Positions 47,712 through 62,370 of a stretch of DNA of 64,000 nt are shown here, piece by piece. The position numbers and the translations under genes were made by a program. Origin of the DNA: an uncultured Pseudohongiella sp. (lineage in GTDB: Bacteria > Pseudomonadota > Gammaproteobacteria > Pseudomonadales > Pseudohongiellaceae); assembly GCA_965219645.1 (NCBI GenBank), contig OZ244788.1, forward strand, positions 723,341 through 787,340, given 5' to 3'. The first letter of the stretch is position 1. Each line of letters begins with the position of its first letter. The notes under the pieces were generated by a model that was given only the letters and a program-made list of their open reading frames with translations, had not been told where the DNA came from and did no database searches.

Positions 47712-47897
47712 GCTTCGCTTCGCGCAGAATGACAGAAGGGTGGCTTCGCTTCGCGCAGAATGACAGAAGGGTGGCTTCGCTTCGCGCAGAATGACAGAAG
47801 GGTGGCTTCGCTTCGCGCAGAATGACAGAAGGGTGGCTTCGCTCCGCGCAGAATGACGGGAAAGCAGCTTCGCTTCGCGCAGTGTGAGGGGAGGGTG
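47712..47897. repeat. 31-bp tandem array, about 6 units (4 near-perfect, 2 degenerate), amplifying the right arm of the palindromic repeat
   Basis: The unit is GCTTCGCTTCGCGCAGAATGACAGAAGGGTG. CGCGCAGAATGAC recurs at 47721, 47752, 47783, 47814 and 47845, and its degenerate sixth copy CGCGCAGTGTGAG at 47876, giving an exact period of 31. Confidence 0.9.
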
Positions 47898-47985
47898 GCT
47901 TTGTCTCGCACAATATGGCCGGAGGGTGACTTCTCTGCGTGCGGTGTGGAGAAAATTTACCACTGGACAGGATGCGGATGCCAAA

Positions 47986-48744
47986 ATGAGATTCGACAAT
48001 CAGAAAGTGCTGGTCACCGGCGGCTCCCGGGGCATCGGTCGCGCCATTGCGCTGGCCTTCGCCGGGGCCGGGGCGAAAGTCGCCATCGTGTACCGCGGCA
48101 ATACGGCGGCGGCGGAAGCGGCGCTGGCGCAATTGCCGGGCGAGGGTCATATCGCCCTGGCCGCCGACGTGGCGGACCCGGATGCGGTTCAATCCGCTGT
48201 GGACGATGTCGCGGAACACCTTGGCGGAATCGATGTTCTCGTGAACAATGCCGGCATCGGCATCTATCATCGCATCGCCGAGGTTTCCTACGGGGAATGG
48301 CAAAGAACCTGGCGCGAGACCCTGGCCGCGAATCTGCTTGGCCCCGCCAATCTCTGCTACTGCGCGGCGCGGCACATGATCGCGGGCGGCGGCGGAAGGA
48401 TCGTCAATATCACTTCCCGGGGGGCTTTTCGCGGCGAGCCGCTGAAACCCGCCTACGGCGCGAGCAAGGCAGCCCTCAATTCCCTGAGCCAGTCACTCGC
48501 CGTGGCGCTGGCGCCGCACGACATCTTCGTTGGCGCGGTGGCGCCGGGATTCGTCAATACCGAATTGACCGCTGATCGCCTTGGCAGCCCCGAAGGCGAG
48601 GAAATCCGAGCCCAGAGCCCTTTCCATCGCGTCGCCGAACCCGGGGAAGTCGCCCATGCCGTGCTTTTCCTCGCCTCCCGCGGCGCCGAATTCGCCACCG
48701 GAACCATCATCGACGTCAACGGCGCCTCCTATTTGCGCTCCTGA
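47986..48744 (+). CDS. Short-chain dehydrogenase/reductase (FabG-like)
   Basis: ATG at 47986. Motifs are TGGSRGIGRAIA, NNAG and YGASKAAL. Confidence 0.9.
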   Translation: MRFDNQKVLVTGGSRGIGRAIALAFAGAGAKVAIVYRGNTAAAEAALAQLPGEGHIALAADVADPDAVQSAVDDVAEHLGGIDVLVNNAGIGIYHRIAEVSYGEWQRTWRETLAANLLGPANLCYCAARHMIAGGGGRIVNITSRGAFRGEPLKPAYGASKAALNSLSQSLAVALAPHDIFVGAVAPGFVNTELTADRLGSPEGEEIRAQSPFHRVAEPGEVAHAVLFLASRGAEFATGTIIDVNGASYLRS

Positions 48745-48746
48745 AG

Positions 48747-49097
48747 CTACAAGGCTTCGATTTCCCCGGCGCTGATGGGCTCGCCGCTATTGCTCCAGGC
48801 ATTGCGCACGTAATTGATCACCGCCGCCATTTCCGCCGAACCGAGCGCCCCGCGAAAGGAAGGCATCTCGCCGCGTCCGATGATGAGCACCAGCGCCACA
48901 TCAGCCCCGGAGCCCGCCACGGTTTCATTGCCGTCGAGGGCGGGATACACATTCGCGATCCCGCCTCCATCCACCTGATGACATTCCGCGCAATTGTCCA
49001 AGAACAGCCGTTCGCCATCGAGCCCGGCAACAGGTTCCATACTCGCGCAAGCGGAGAGCAGTAAAAGCAAAACCGGGGATTGGGAAGTTCGGCGCAT
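48747..49097 (-). CDS. Monohaem class I cytochrome c, probable lipoprotein
   Basis: VLLLLLSAC is a lipobox-like signal. CAECH haem site and a distal Met (GEMPSF). 116 aa. Confidence 0.85.
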   Translation of the reverse strand: MRRTSQSPVLLLLLSACASMEPVAGLDGERLFLDNCAECHQVDGGGIANVYPALDGNETVAGSGADVALVLIIGRGEMPSFRGALGSAEMAAVINYVRNAWSNSGEPISAGEIEAL

Positions 49098-49129
49098 TGG
49101 TTACCCGATCACTTCGCTATACTCGTGCG

Positions 49130-50713
49130 ATGTTATTCCAGATTGACCAGGCGCGCTGCCGAATCAACCGCCATGACTTGTTCACCGTGGAGCGCTTTGC
49201 AATCAACGCCGGCGAGCGCTGGTGCGTTTTCGGTCCAAATGGCGCCGGCAAATCCCTGCTCGTCGACCTCATCACCGGGCGCCGTCCCGAAACCGGCAGC
49301 TACCTGCGATTCGCCAAGGGTTTTGACCCCGTCCGGGATATCCTGCCCGTTTCCTTCGAGGAGCAGCAGCGGCTGTGGCAGCGTGATGAGCGGCTTGACA
49401 TCAGCGATTTCCGCGAAGACGCGATCGACCGCGGCACCCTGGTGGCTGAACTGATTCGTTCAAGCTTGCCGGCGGCGGAACAGGACGAATCACTACTGCG
49501 GGGGCTTGCTGCGGAGCTCGACCTCACCGCCCTGCTGCAAAAGGGAATCCGCTTTCTGTCCTCAGGCCAGATCCGCCGCGCCCTCATCGCCCGGGCGCTA
49601 TACGGCCAGTACGCATCACGTCCGCGGCTGCTGATCTTCGATGAGCCACTGGAAGCGGTGGACCGGGAATCCCGTGACCGCATCGAGCAGGTCATCGCCG
49701 GGCATCTCGGCCCCGGCTGCGCCAGCCTGCACCTGTGCCGGCGCGGGGGCGACCGCTTCCCCGGCGCAACGCATTTGCTCGTCATGGAAAACCTTGGCGT
49801 GCTGGCGCAGGGCCCAATGCGGGAAGCCCGATGGCAAAAGGCCATTGCGCGCTTTCGGCGCGAGCCGGTTATTCCCGAACGCCTGCCATTCGCGCACTTT
49901 ATTGACGGGACCAGCCGAAAAAACCGGGAAAAAAACAAAAACCGGGACACCCATCCAAAAATCCAGGATACCCATTCCCCGGACACAAACCAGGACACCC
50001 ACCCGCCTGAATCGAAGCTGATCGAACTGAAAGGCGTGAGCGCCGGCTACGGCGACCTGCAAGTGCTGCGGGATGTTCACTGGACGATGACCAGCGCGCA
50101 TCACGTGCTCGTCGAAGGCCCCAACGGCTGTGGCAAGTCCACCCTGCTGAGCCTCATCGACGGCGAGAATCACAAGGGCTATGGCCAGGAGGTGTACCTG
50201 TTCGGCCGGCGCAAGGGCAGCGGCGAGACCGTCTGGGACATCAAGCGCTGTTTTGGCGTCGTGTCCAATGAGTTGCACAACCGCTATGTGAAGGGCTGGA
50301 AAGTACTCGATGTGGTGGTGTCGGGATTTTTTGATTCGGTGGGGCTTTACGACAACAGCGGCGCCAGTGAACAGGGCCGGGCCGGGGCCTGGCTCGAAAG
50401 CCTCGGCATGGCGCATCTTGCCGGGCGCTACTACCACCAGATTTCCTTCGGCCAGCAGCGCCTCGTGCTGCTCGCCCGGGCGATGGTGAAACAGCCCGCC
50501 ATTCTCGTGCTCGACGAGCCCTGCGTCGGGCTCGATGACTACCACAGGGACTTCATTCTCGGAATGCTCGAAGCCATCGCCGGGCAAACACCCACCCGGC
50601 TGATTTACGTCAGCCACATCCCCGACGAAAAACCCGCCTGCATCAATTACCGCCTGCGCTTCGTCGCCGCCAGGGACGGCGCATACCGGCTGGAACAGTC
50701 GGAAGCAGGGTAG
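49130..50713 (+). CDS. Tandem-ATPase ABC protein without a membrane domain (ModF-like)
   Basis: Two Walker A motifs (GPNGAGKS, GPNGCGKS), two signature motifs (LSSGQIRRALIARAL, ISFGQQRLVLLARAM) and two Walker B motifs. The interdomain linker is low-complexity. Confidence 0.8.
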   Translation: MLFQIDQARCRINRHDLFTVERFAINAGERWCVFGPNGAGKSLLVDLITGRRPETGSYLRFAKGFDPVRDILPVSFEEQQRLWQRDERLDISDFREDAIDRGTLVAELIRSSLPAAEQDESLLRGLAAELDLTALLQKGIRFLSSGQIRRALIARALYGQYASRPRLLIFDEPLEAVDRESRDRIEQVIAGHLGPGCASLHLCRRGGDRFPGATHLLVMENLGVLAQGPMREARWQKAIARFRREPVIPERLPFAHFIDGTSRKNREKNKNRDTHPKIQDTHSPDTNQDTHPPESKLIELKGVSAGYGDLQVLRDVHWTMTSAHHVLVEGPNGCGKSTLLSLIDGENHKGYGQEVYLFGRRKGSGETVWDIKRCFGVVSNELHNRYVKGWKVLDVVVSGFFDSVGLYDNSGASEQGRAGAWLESLGMAHLAGRYYHQISFGQQRLVLLARAMVKQPAILVLDEPCVGLDDYHRDFILGMLEAIAGQTPTRLIYVSHIPDEKPACINYRLRFVAARDGAYRLEQSEAG

Positions 50714-50731
50714 GGCGGCTAACGATGCCGG

Positions 50732-51163
50732 TCAACTGCGAATGTAATCCTGCAATTGCTCTATGGTTGCCTGCTGGCCGCTCATGATGTCCTTGACGAT
50801 ATCGCCAAGCGAGGCGATGCCCACCACCAGGCCATCGTCCACCACCGGCAAATGGCGGATGTGGTTGTCGGTCATCAGATTGAGCGCAGCGTCCACGGCA
50901 TGGCTGGAAGGCACTGAAACCACCCGGGTGGTCATGATTGCATCAACCCGGGTATCCCGCGAAGCGCGGCCCTTGAGAATCACCTCCCGGGCATAATCGC
51001 GCTCGGAAATAATGCCCTGCAATTCGGGCCCGGTCATCACGAGCAAGGCGCCGACGCGATGATCCGCCATCAGCTTGATGGCGTCATAGACGCTGGCCTC
51101 CGGGCGAATGGAGCAGAGTTCCTTCTTCTGTTTGCGGTCGAGTATCTGTCGCATGGTATGCAT
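50732..51163 (-). CDS. CBS-pair domain protein
   Basis: 143 aa with two CBS repeats (VGALLVM...GIISERD and IRHLPVVDDGLVVGIASLGDI). Confidence 0.85.
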   Translation of the reverse strand: MHTMRQILDRKQKKELCSIRPEASVYDAIKLMADHRVGALLVMTGPELQGIISERDYAREVILKGRASRDTRVDAIMTTRVVSVPSSHAVDAALNLMTDNHIRHLPVVDDGLVVGIASLGDIVKDIMSGQQATIEQLQDYIRS

Positions 51164-51180
51164 GGCGCGCCTCCAGTGTT

Positions 51181-51735
51181 TCAGTCGAGCCGGGTCAGCA
51201 GGATATTGGCGTAACCCGCATTGTTGCCATAGAAACCGTAACTGTCATTGACAAACAGGGCGAGATTGCCGCTGCACGCCGCGACGAAGCGGTAGCTGCC
51301 GCTTGCCGCGTCGTACCGCAGGTCGGAGACTCCCGCAAGGCTGTCCCGGGGGCAATCCGGCTGGCGCAGCATCAGTTCGAACCAGTTGTGGCTCCGGGAC
51401 CGGCGCAGATTGCCCGCCCACTCGAAGGGCATCAGGCTGTTGCCGAAACCCCGCTCGTCCAGCGGCTCCCCGGCTTCATTGACGTCAATGTCGCGGTCGA
51501 TCCAGTGGCTCAGGATCGTGATGCGAAAGGCGTAATCCGCTCCGGCGTCGAGGGATACACCGGTATCGAAGTTCAGGTAGCTGGTGAAAAAGTCCAGATT
51601 GACTTCTTCGCCCACCGCCAGGGGGGCGCCCGGCTCGGCGGCGCCGAACAGGTTCAACCGGGGCGCCTGGCAGGCCCCGAGCAGCAGGCTTGCCGCAAAA
51701 ACCCCGGCAAGGGTCAACAAAATGGTTCGATGCAC
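51181..51735 (-). CDS. Hypothetical lipoprotein; the C-terminal beta-rich domain faintly resembles PA-IL/LecA-type folds
   Basis: I prefer the GTG at 51735, with GGGAG 7 nt upstream. Signal is LAGVFAASLLLGAC (lipobox). The C-terminal pattern is GNLALFVNDSYGFYGNNAGYANILL. The domain guess is weak. Confidence 0.6.
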   Translation of the reverse strand: MHRTILLTLAGVFAASLLLGACQAPRLNLFGAAEPGAPLAVGEEVNLDFFTSYLNFDTGVSLDAGADYAFRITILSHWIDRDIDVNEAGEPLDERGFGNSLMPFEWAGNLRRSRSHNWFELMLRQPDCPRDSLAGVSDLRYDAASGSYRFVAACSGNLALFVNDSYGFYGNNAGYANILLTRLD

Positions 51736-52000
51736 TGGAATACTCCCTGGGTCATCAATCTCCGGCACGGACCGTTCAGTCTACCCCGAGCGTTCATGCC
51801 GTCAAGTCCGCTGTCCAGGCAAGTTGCCTGACAAAAGATGTCCCATTTTCAAGTAGACACCCGCGGCGCATCGGCCTAGAATACCCCCTCAGTATGTGGA
51901 ATGCTGAAACCTGTGCCGGCGGCCCCAGCGGGGCTGTTCCTGAGAGCGGATTGGAGCAATCTCCATTCCGTTTTTTTGTGCCCGCGATTCAGGTTGCCCA

Positions 52001-52152
52001 GGGAACTTCTGAGCGAGTCAGAGCTTCCCTGCGGCACATGGAAGTGCCGCCGAATTCGATGGCGTAAGCCATTGAATTCGGGAGCAAAACAAAACCACGC
52101 TTTTGTTTTGCGATAATGAAAAACTCCACGGATGGAGTTTTTCAGAGAATAC
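52001..52152 (+). repeat. Mosaic intergenic repeat (4 hairpins) abutting the carA start
   Basis: It is homologous to 57207-57430 without the 73-nt insert. It contains GGAACTTCTGA/TCAGAGCTTCC, CGGCAC/GTGCCG, CAAAACAAAA/TTTTGTTTTG and TGAAAAACTCCA/TGGAGTTTTTCA stems. Confidence 0.85.
52109..52117 (+). promoter_or_regulatory. Extended -10-like box TGCGATAAT oriented toward carA
   Basis: 8/9 match to TGnTATAAT, 49 nt upstream of the proposed carA TTG. Confidence 0.35.
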
Positions 52153-52165
52153 TTTGGAGCGAAAG

Positions 52166-53306
52166 TTGAAGAAGTCCGCGATCCTGGCCCTTGAAGACGG
52201 CAATCTGTTCGAGGGTATCGCCATTGGCGCAGCCGGTTGCAGCAGTGGCGAAGTCGTTTTCAATACCGCCATGACCGGCTATCAGGAAATCCTCAGCGAC
52301 CCATCCTACGCCCGGCAGATCGTAACCCTCACCTATCCCCACATCGGCAATACCGGCGCCAACGCCGAGGACATGGAGTCCTCCCGGGCCTGGGCCGCCG
52401 GGCTGGTTATCCGCGACCTGCCGCTGCTGGCGAGCAATTTCCGCAGCCGGCAAAGCCTGGACGAATTTCTCAAGGAGCAGAATGTCGTCGCCATCGCCGA
52501 AATCGACACCCGGCGCCTCACCCGCCTCCTGCGGGAAAAGGGCTCGCTGAACGGTTGCCTGCTCTCCGGTCCGGAGTTTGTCCGGGGCGGCGCCGAACGG
52601 GCTCTCGCCGAGGCCCGCAAGTTTCCCGGTCTCAAGGGCATGGACCTGGCGCGGGTGGTCAGCGTTGCCGACAGTTACGCCTGGGACGAAGGCGTCTGGG
52701 CGCTCGACAAGCGCAATGAAACCGCATCAGCCGCGCTGGATGTTTCCCGCTTTCATGTCGTGGCTTACGATTTCGGCGTCAAGCACAATATTCTGCGAAT
52801 GCTCGCATCCCGGGGCTGCGCCATCACCGTGGTTCCCGCCACCACCCCGGCGGGGGAGGCGCTGGCCATGGGGTCTGATGGCATTTTCCTTTCCAACGGC
52901 CCCGGCGACCCGGAGCCCTGCGATTACGCCATTGCCGCGGTGCGCGAGTTTCTCGCCGCCGGCATACCCCTGTTCGGCATCTGTCTCGGCCATCAGTTGC
53001 TTGGCCTCGCCTGCGGCGCCCGTTCGGTGAAAATGCCCCATGGCCATCACGGCGCGAATCATCCCGTGAGCAATCTCGATGACGGCTCGGTGCTGATCAC
53101 GAGCCAGAACCATGGATTCGCCATCGACGAGGACAGCCTGCCGGCGCCGCTTCGCTGCACCCACCGTTCCCTGTTCGACGGCAGCCTGCAAGGCATCGCC
53201 CACCAGGACAAGCCCGCCTTCGGCTTTCAGGGCCATCCGGAAGCAAGCCCCGGACCACACGACGCCGCGCCGCTTTTCGACCACTTCATGCAACTGATGA
53301 CCAGCC

Positions 53307-53323
<17 letters not shown>
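52166..53323 (+). CDS. carA: Carbamoyl-phosphate synthase small (glutaminase) subunit
   Basis: TTG at 52166 gives [17 protein letters not shown], the canonical CarA N-terminus (TTG at 52154 is also possible). The GATase catalytic Cys is in GICLGHQLL, with a distal His in GHPE. Confidence 0.93.
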
Positions 53324-56534
<3,211 letters not shown>

Positions 56535-56566
56535 AATTCACCAGCAGACGGAAGCAAGACCAGGCC

Positions 56567-57043
56567 ATGCCCAGAGTTCCCATGACAGTCGCCGGCGAAA
56601 AGAAGCTGCGGGAAGAGCTGCAGCATCTCAAGTCCGTGGTTCGCCCCTCGATTTCCAAAGCCATTGCCGAGGCGAGGGAACACGGCGACCTGCGCGAGAA
56701 CGCCGAATATCACGCCGCCCGGGAGCAGCAGGGTTTCTGCGAGGGCCGCATTACCGAGATCGAACGCAAGCTTGCCGATGCCGAAGTCATCGACGTGACC
56801 CGCATCGAGGCCGGCGGCAAGGTCATATTCGGCGCCACGGTCACCCTGTTCAATCTCAAGACCGGGGAAAACGTGACCTACCAGATTGTCGGCGAGGACG
56901 AGGCCGACGTCGCCGCGGGCAAGATTTCGGTGGTATCCCCCATCGCCAGGGCGTTGATGGGCAAGATCGAGGGAGACGAAGTCGTGGTGCAGGCGCCGGC
57001 GGGCGACATCGAGTACGAAATCGATACCGTGGAGCATATCTAG
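56567..57043 (+). CDS. greA: Transcription elongation factor GreA
   Basis: 158 aa. The N-terminal coiled coil contains [22 protein letters not shown], followed by a C-terminal globular domain. The stop TAG (57041-57043) lies inside the MITE TIR. Confidence 0.95.
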   Translation: MPRVPMTVAGEKKLREELQHLKSVVRPSISKAIAEAREHGDLRENAEYHAAREQQGFCEGRITEIERKLADAEVIDVTRIEAGGKVIFGATVTLFNLKTGENVTYQIVGEDEADVAAGKISVVSPIARALMGKIEGDEVVVQAPAGDIEYEIDTVEHI

Positions 57044-57206
57044 GAGGCTGCGCCGTAGGAATTCACGGCTGCAAATCCGTTCTCATCCACGCCCCTGGCC
57101 GCTCGATTTCGTTGCATATCCACCAATATTCGCCTCAATCGACCGGCCAGGGGCGCGGCGATAACGAATTTTCGCTTTCGCGAATTTCTACGGCGCAGCC
57201 TCCTAG
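57040..57206. mobile_element. MITE-like element, copy 2 (167 bp)
   Basis: By hand alignment it differs from copy 1 by 7 substitutions and a 10-nt insertion (CCACCAATAT). A C-to-G change in the left TIR is mirrored by G-to-C in the right TIR. Confidence 0.85.
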
Positions 57207-57430
57207 GGAAGCTCTGATCAAGTCAGAGCTTCCCTGCGGCACATGGAAGTGCCGCCGAATTCGATGGGTGAAGGCAAGCGTTTTCAAAGCGCAGCTTCGA
57301 GCGCGGCCGCAACGGTACGGAGCTATGCTCCGTGACTGGAGTAAGCCATTGAATTCGGGAGCAAAACAAAACCACGCTTTTGTTTTGCGATAATGAAAAA
57401 CTCCACGGATGGAGTTTTTCAGAGAATACT
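57207..57430 (+). repeat. Mosaic intergenic repeat with 73-nt structured insert (57268-57340), upstream of rlmE
   Basis: It has the same modules as 52001-52152 plus an insert homologous to 7621-7693. Confidence 0.85.
57386..57394 (+). promoter_or_regulatory. Extended -10-like box TGCGATAAT oriented toward rlmE
   Basis: 8/9 match to TGnTATAAT, 63 nt upstream of the rlmE ATG. Confidence 0.35.
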
Positions 57431-57456
57431 TGGGAGTTTGCGGGAGCCGCACCGCC

Positions 57457-58101
57457 ATGAGCCGGTCGAAATCGAGCAAGCGCTGGCTGCGGGAGCATTT
57501 GTCCGATCCACACGTCAAGCGCAGCCGCGAGGAAGGCTACCGTTCCAGGGCGGGTTACAAGCTGCGGGAGATCCAGCGGCGGGACCGGATGATCCGACCG
57601 GGCATGACCATCGTGGATCTGGGCGCTGCGCCCGGGTCCTGGTCCCAGGTGGCTGCGGAGTTGACCGGCCCCGATGGCAATCTGATCGCGGTGGACCTGT
57701 TGCCCGTGGCGCCGATTCCCGGCGTCGAGTTCATCCAGGGCGATTTCAGTGAGCAGACTGTGCTTGACGAAGTGTTGGGCAGGCTGGCGGGGGCAAGCGC
57801 GGACCTTGTAATCTCCGACATGGCCCCCAATATGAGTGGAGTGAAGGGTATCGATCAGCCCCGCGCCATGGCGCTCGCCGGGCTTGCCCTGGACCTGGCG
57901 GCGCGTATACTCGCTCCCGGTGGCGGCCTGCTGGTAAAAGTCTTCCAGGGCGCGGGCTGCGAGGAATTCCGAGCGTCGCTCAAGGCGGATTTTGCCGCGG
58001 TCAAAACCAGAAAACCGGAAGCGTCCCGGGCGCGTTCCAATGAAATGTACTTGCTCGCAAGCGGCTTTCGTGGGCAGAATAGGAAGTTCGCAGCGCCGTG
58101 A
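57457..58101 (+). CDS. rlmE: 23S rRNA U2552 2'-O-methyltransferase RlmE (FtsJ)
   Basis: The ATG at 57457 has GGGAG 10 nt upstream. Sequence KRWLREHLSDPHVKRSREEGYRSRAGYKL with SAM motif VDLGAAPGSWSQ and DMAPNMSG. Confidence 0.93.
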   Translation: MSRSKSSKRWLREHLSDPHVKRSREEGYRSRAGYKLREIQRRDRMIRPGMTIVDLGAAPGSWSQVAAELTGPDGNLIAVDLLPVAPIPGVEFIQGDFSEQTVLDEVLGRLAGASADLVISDMAPNMSGVKGIDQPRAMALAGLALDLAARILAPGGGLLVKVFQGAGCEEFRASLKADFAAVKTRKPEASRARSNEMYLLASGFRGQNRKFAAP

Positions 58102-58151
58102 GTACCTGCTGGCGGGATGCGGTCCGGGTTTGACCCGGGGGAGGCAAGGCC

Positions 58152-60089
<1,938 letters not shown>

Positions 60090-60119
60090 CCGGTTGTTCC
60101 CGCGGCGCAGTTCCTGACA

Positions 60120-60983
60120 GTGACCACCATGCTCAGCACCGGCCAGGGCGGTCTTGACCTCTCGCGCCCGGTTTGCATGGGCATCGTCAATCTGACGCCG
60201 GACTCCTTCTACGACGGCGGCGCCCTGGCCGCGGAATCCGGCAGCGGTTTCCGCATCGATCTCGACAAGGCCCTGCGTCAAGCCGAAGACATGGTCAACG
60301 AAGGCGCGGCGCTGATCGATATCGGTGGCGAATCGACCCGCCCCGGCGCCGGGCAGGTTTCAGCCGAAGAAGAAATCGGCCGGGTGATGCCACTGGTGGA
60401 GGCGGTGCTGGCCCGCCTTGACGTGATCGTTTCGGTGGATACGAGTTCGCCCGAAGTCATGCGGGCCGCCGCCCGCGCCGGCGCCGGCATGATCAATGAC
60501 GTGCGCGCCCTGCGCCGCCCCGGCGCCCTGGAAGCCGCAGCCGGCTCCGGCATGGCGCCTTGCCTGATGCACATGCGCGGCGAGCCGGGAACCATGCAGC
60601 AGCAGCCGGAGTACGGCGATGTGGTTGCCGATGTCGCGGATTTCCTTGATCGGCGCGCAGCGGCCGCCATGGCGGCGGGCATCGCTCCCGAGCGCATTCT
60701 TGTCGATCCGGGATTCGGCTTCGGCAAGACCGCCGCACACAACTACGCCCTGTTGCGAAATCTTCCCCGGTTTGCCGATTCCGGCTTTCCCGTGCTCGCC
60801 GGCGTGTCGCGCAAGGCCATGATCGGCGCCGCCACGGGCCGGGCGCCCGGGGACCGGCTGCCAGGCAGCATCGCCGCCACAATGCTTGCCCTGGAAGGTG
60901 GCGCCCGCATCATCCGCAGCCACGACGTGGCTGCCACGATGGACGCGATTGCAGTACACTCATTCCCCCGGGAAGCTGGTTGA
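60120..60983 (+). CDS. folP: Dihydropteroate synthase
   Basis: [25 protein letters not shown] and GVSRKAM blocks. Start is GTG at 60120 or ATG at 60129. Confidence 0.93.
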   Translation: MTTMLSTGQGGLDLSRPVCMGIVNLTPDSFYDGGALAAESGSGFRIDLDKALRQAEDMVNEGAALIDIGGESTRPGAGQVSAEEEIGRVMPLVEAVLARLDVIVSVDTSSPEVMRAAARAGAGMINDVRALRRPGALEAAAGSGMAPCLMHMRGEPGTMQQQPEYGDVVADVADFLDRRAAAAMAAGIAPERILVDPGFGFGKTAAHNYALLRNLPRFADSGFPVLAGVSRKAMIGAATGRAPGDRLPGSIAATMLALEGGARIIRSHDVAATMDAIAVHSFPREAG

Positions 60984-60994
60984 AGCACATCGCC

Positions 60995-62344
60995 ATGGGC
61001 AGCAACGGCAAACAATATTTCGGCACCGACGGCATCCGCGGCCCCGTGGGCGCCGCGCCGATCACGCCGGACTTCATGCTCAAGCTCGGCTGGGCCGCGG
61101 GCAAGGTGTTCGGCGGCATGGGCAACGGCCGCAACAAGATTCTCATCGGCAAGGACACCCGCATTTCCGGGTACATGTTCGAAGCCGCCCTCGAAGCCGG
61201 CGTCACCGCTGCCGGCGTGGACATCAGCCTGCTTGGTCCCATGCCGACGCCGGCCATCGCCTACCTGACCCGCACCCTGCGCGCCCGGGCCGGCATCGTC
61301 ATCAGCGCTTCCCACAATTCCTTTCACGACAACGGCATCAAGTTTTTCTCCGGCCAGGGAACCAAACTGCCCGACGCCATTGAACTGGCCATCGAGGCCG
61401 AGCTGGACAAGGAACTGACCACGGTTTCCTCCCAGACCATCGGCAAGGCCTCGCGAGTCGATGACGCGGCGGGGCGCTACATCGAATTCTGCAAGAGCAC
61501 CATCGGCCCGATGCTCAAGCTGACGGGGCTGAAGATCGTGGTGGACTGCGCCCACGGCTCCACCTATCACATCGCGCCGAATGTCTTCGAGGAACTCGGC
61601 GCCGAAGTCAGCGCCATCGGCGTTTCCCCCAACGGGCTCAATATCAACAAGAAGGGCGGCTCCACCCTGCCCGGAAAGCTGGTGGAGCGGGTGCTGGAAG
61701 CCAGCGCCGACCTCGGCATCGCATTCGATGGCGACGGGGACCGGGTCATCATGGTGGACCATCGCGGGAGAATCGTCGACGGCGACGAAATCCTCTATGT
61801 CATCGCCCGCAACCGGCAACGGGAAGGTCTGGAATTCGGCGGCGTGGTCGGCACCCAGATGAGCAATCTCGGGCTTGAACTTGCCCTGGCGGAACGCGAT
61901 ATTCCCTTCGCCCGCAGCCCGGTGGGCGACCGCTATGTCATGCAGGAACTGGTCGACCGGGGTTGGGGCCTGGGCGGTGAATCCTCGGGCCATATCATCA
62001 TCACCGATCTCAACACCACCGGCGACGGCATCGTCTCGGCGCTGCAAACCCTGGCGGCCATCGTCGGCCTGGAACAATCCCTGGCGGACTTGTGCCAGGA
62101 AATGCACAAGCTGCCGCAGTCCGTGGTGAACGTTCGCATCGCCAACGGAGCGGACCCAAGCACCTATCCGGCGGTGCAGGCCGCCATTGCCAGGGTGAAG
62201 CAAAAGCTCGGCGGCAACGGGCGGGTGCTGCTGCGGCCGTCAGGCACCGAGCCCGTGGTCCGCGTCATGGTGGAAGGCGAAAACGCCGCCCACGTGCAAA
62301 CCCTGGCCGAGGAACTCTCGGAGCTGGTTGCCCGGCAGAATTGA
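60995..62344 (+). CDS. glmM: Phosphoglucosamine mutase
   Basis: The ATG at 60995 gives [16 protein letters not shown]. The phosphoserine loop is [15 protein letters not shown], followed by FDGDGDR and the GEESGH-like block GGESSGH. An alternative TTG lies at 60980. Confidence 0.95.
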   Translation: MGSNGKQYFGTDGIRGPVGAAPITPDFMLKLGWAAGKVFGGMGNGRNKILIGKDTRISGYMFEAALEAGVTAAGVDISLLGPMPTPAIAYLTRTLRARAGIVISASHNSFHDNGIKFFSGQGTKLPDAIELAIEAELDKELTTVSSQTIGKASRVDDAAGRYIEFCKSTIGPMLKLTGLKIVVDCAHGSTYHIAPNVFEELGAEVSAIGVSPNGLNINKKGGSTLPGKLVERVLEASADLGIAFDGDGDRVIMVDHRGRIVDGDEILYVIARNRQREGLEFGGVVGTQMSNLGLELALAERDIPFARSPVGDRYVMQELVDRGWGLGGESSGHIIITDLNTTGDGIVSALQTLAAIVGLEQSLADLCQEMHKLPQSVVNVRIANGADPSTYPAVQAAIARVKQKLGGNGRVLLRPSGTEPVVRVMVEGENAAHVQTLAEELSELVARQN

Positions 62345-62370
62345 ATTCCTGCGGTACAAAACCGGCCCTC

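Noticed and set aside
47712-47897. Possible CRISPR array (regular 31-nt periodicity)
   Set aside because: The units are directly contiguous with no unique spacers, and no cas genes are nearby. It is a tandem amplification of one arm of the palindromic repeat.
47651-47999. ORFs 47651-47911 and 47676-47999 encoding reiterated peptides (SFCAKRSHPSVILREAKPPFCHSARSEATLL)
   Set aside because: These are translations of the 31-bp tandem array and palindromic repeat. The periodic peptide simply mirrors the DNA repeat.
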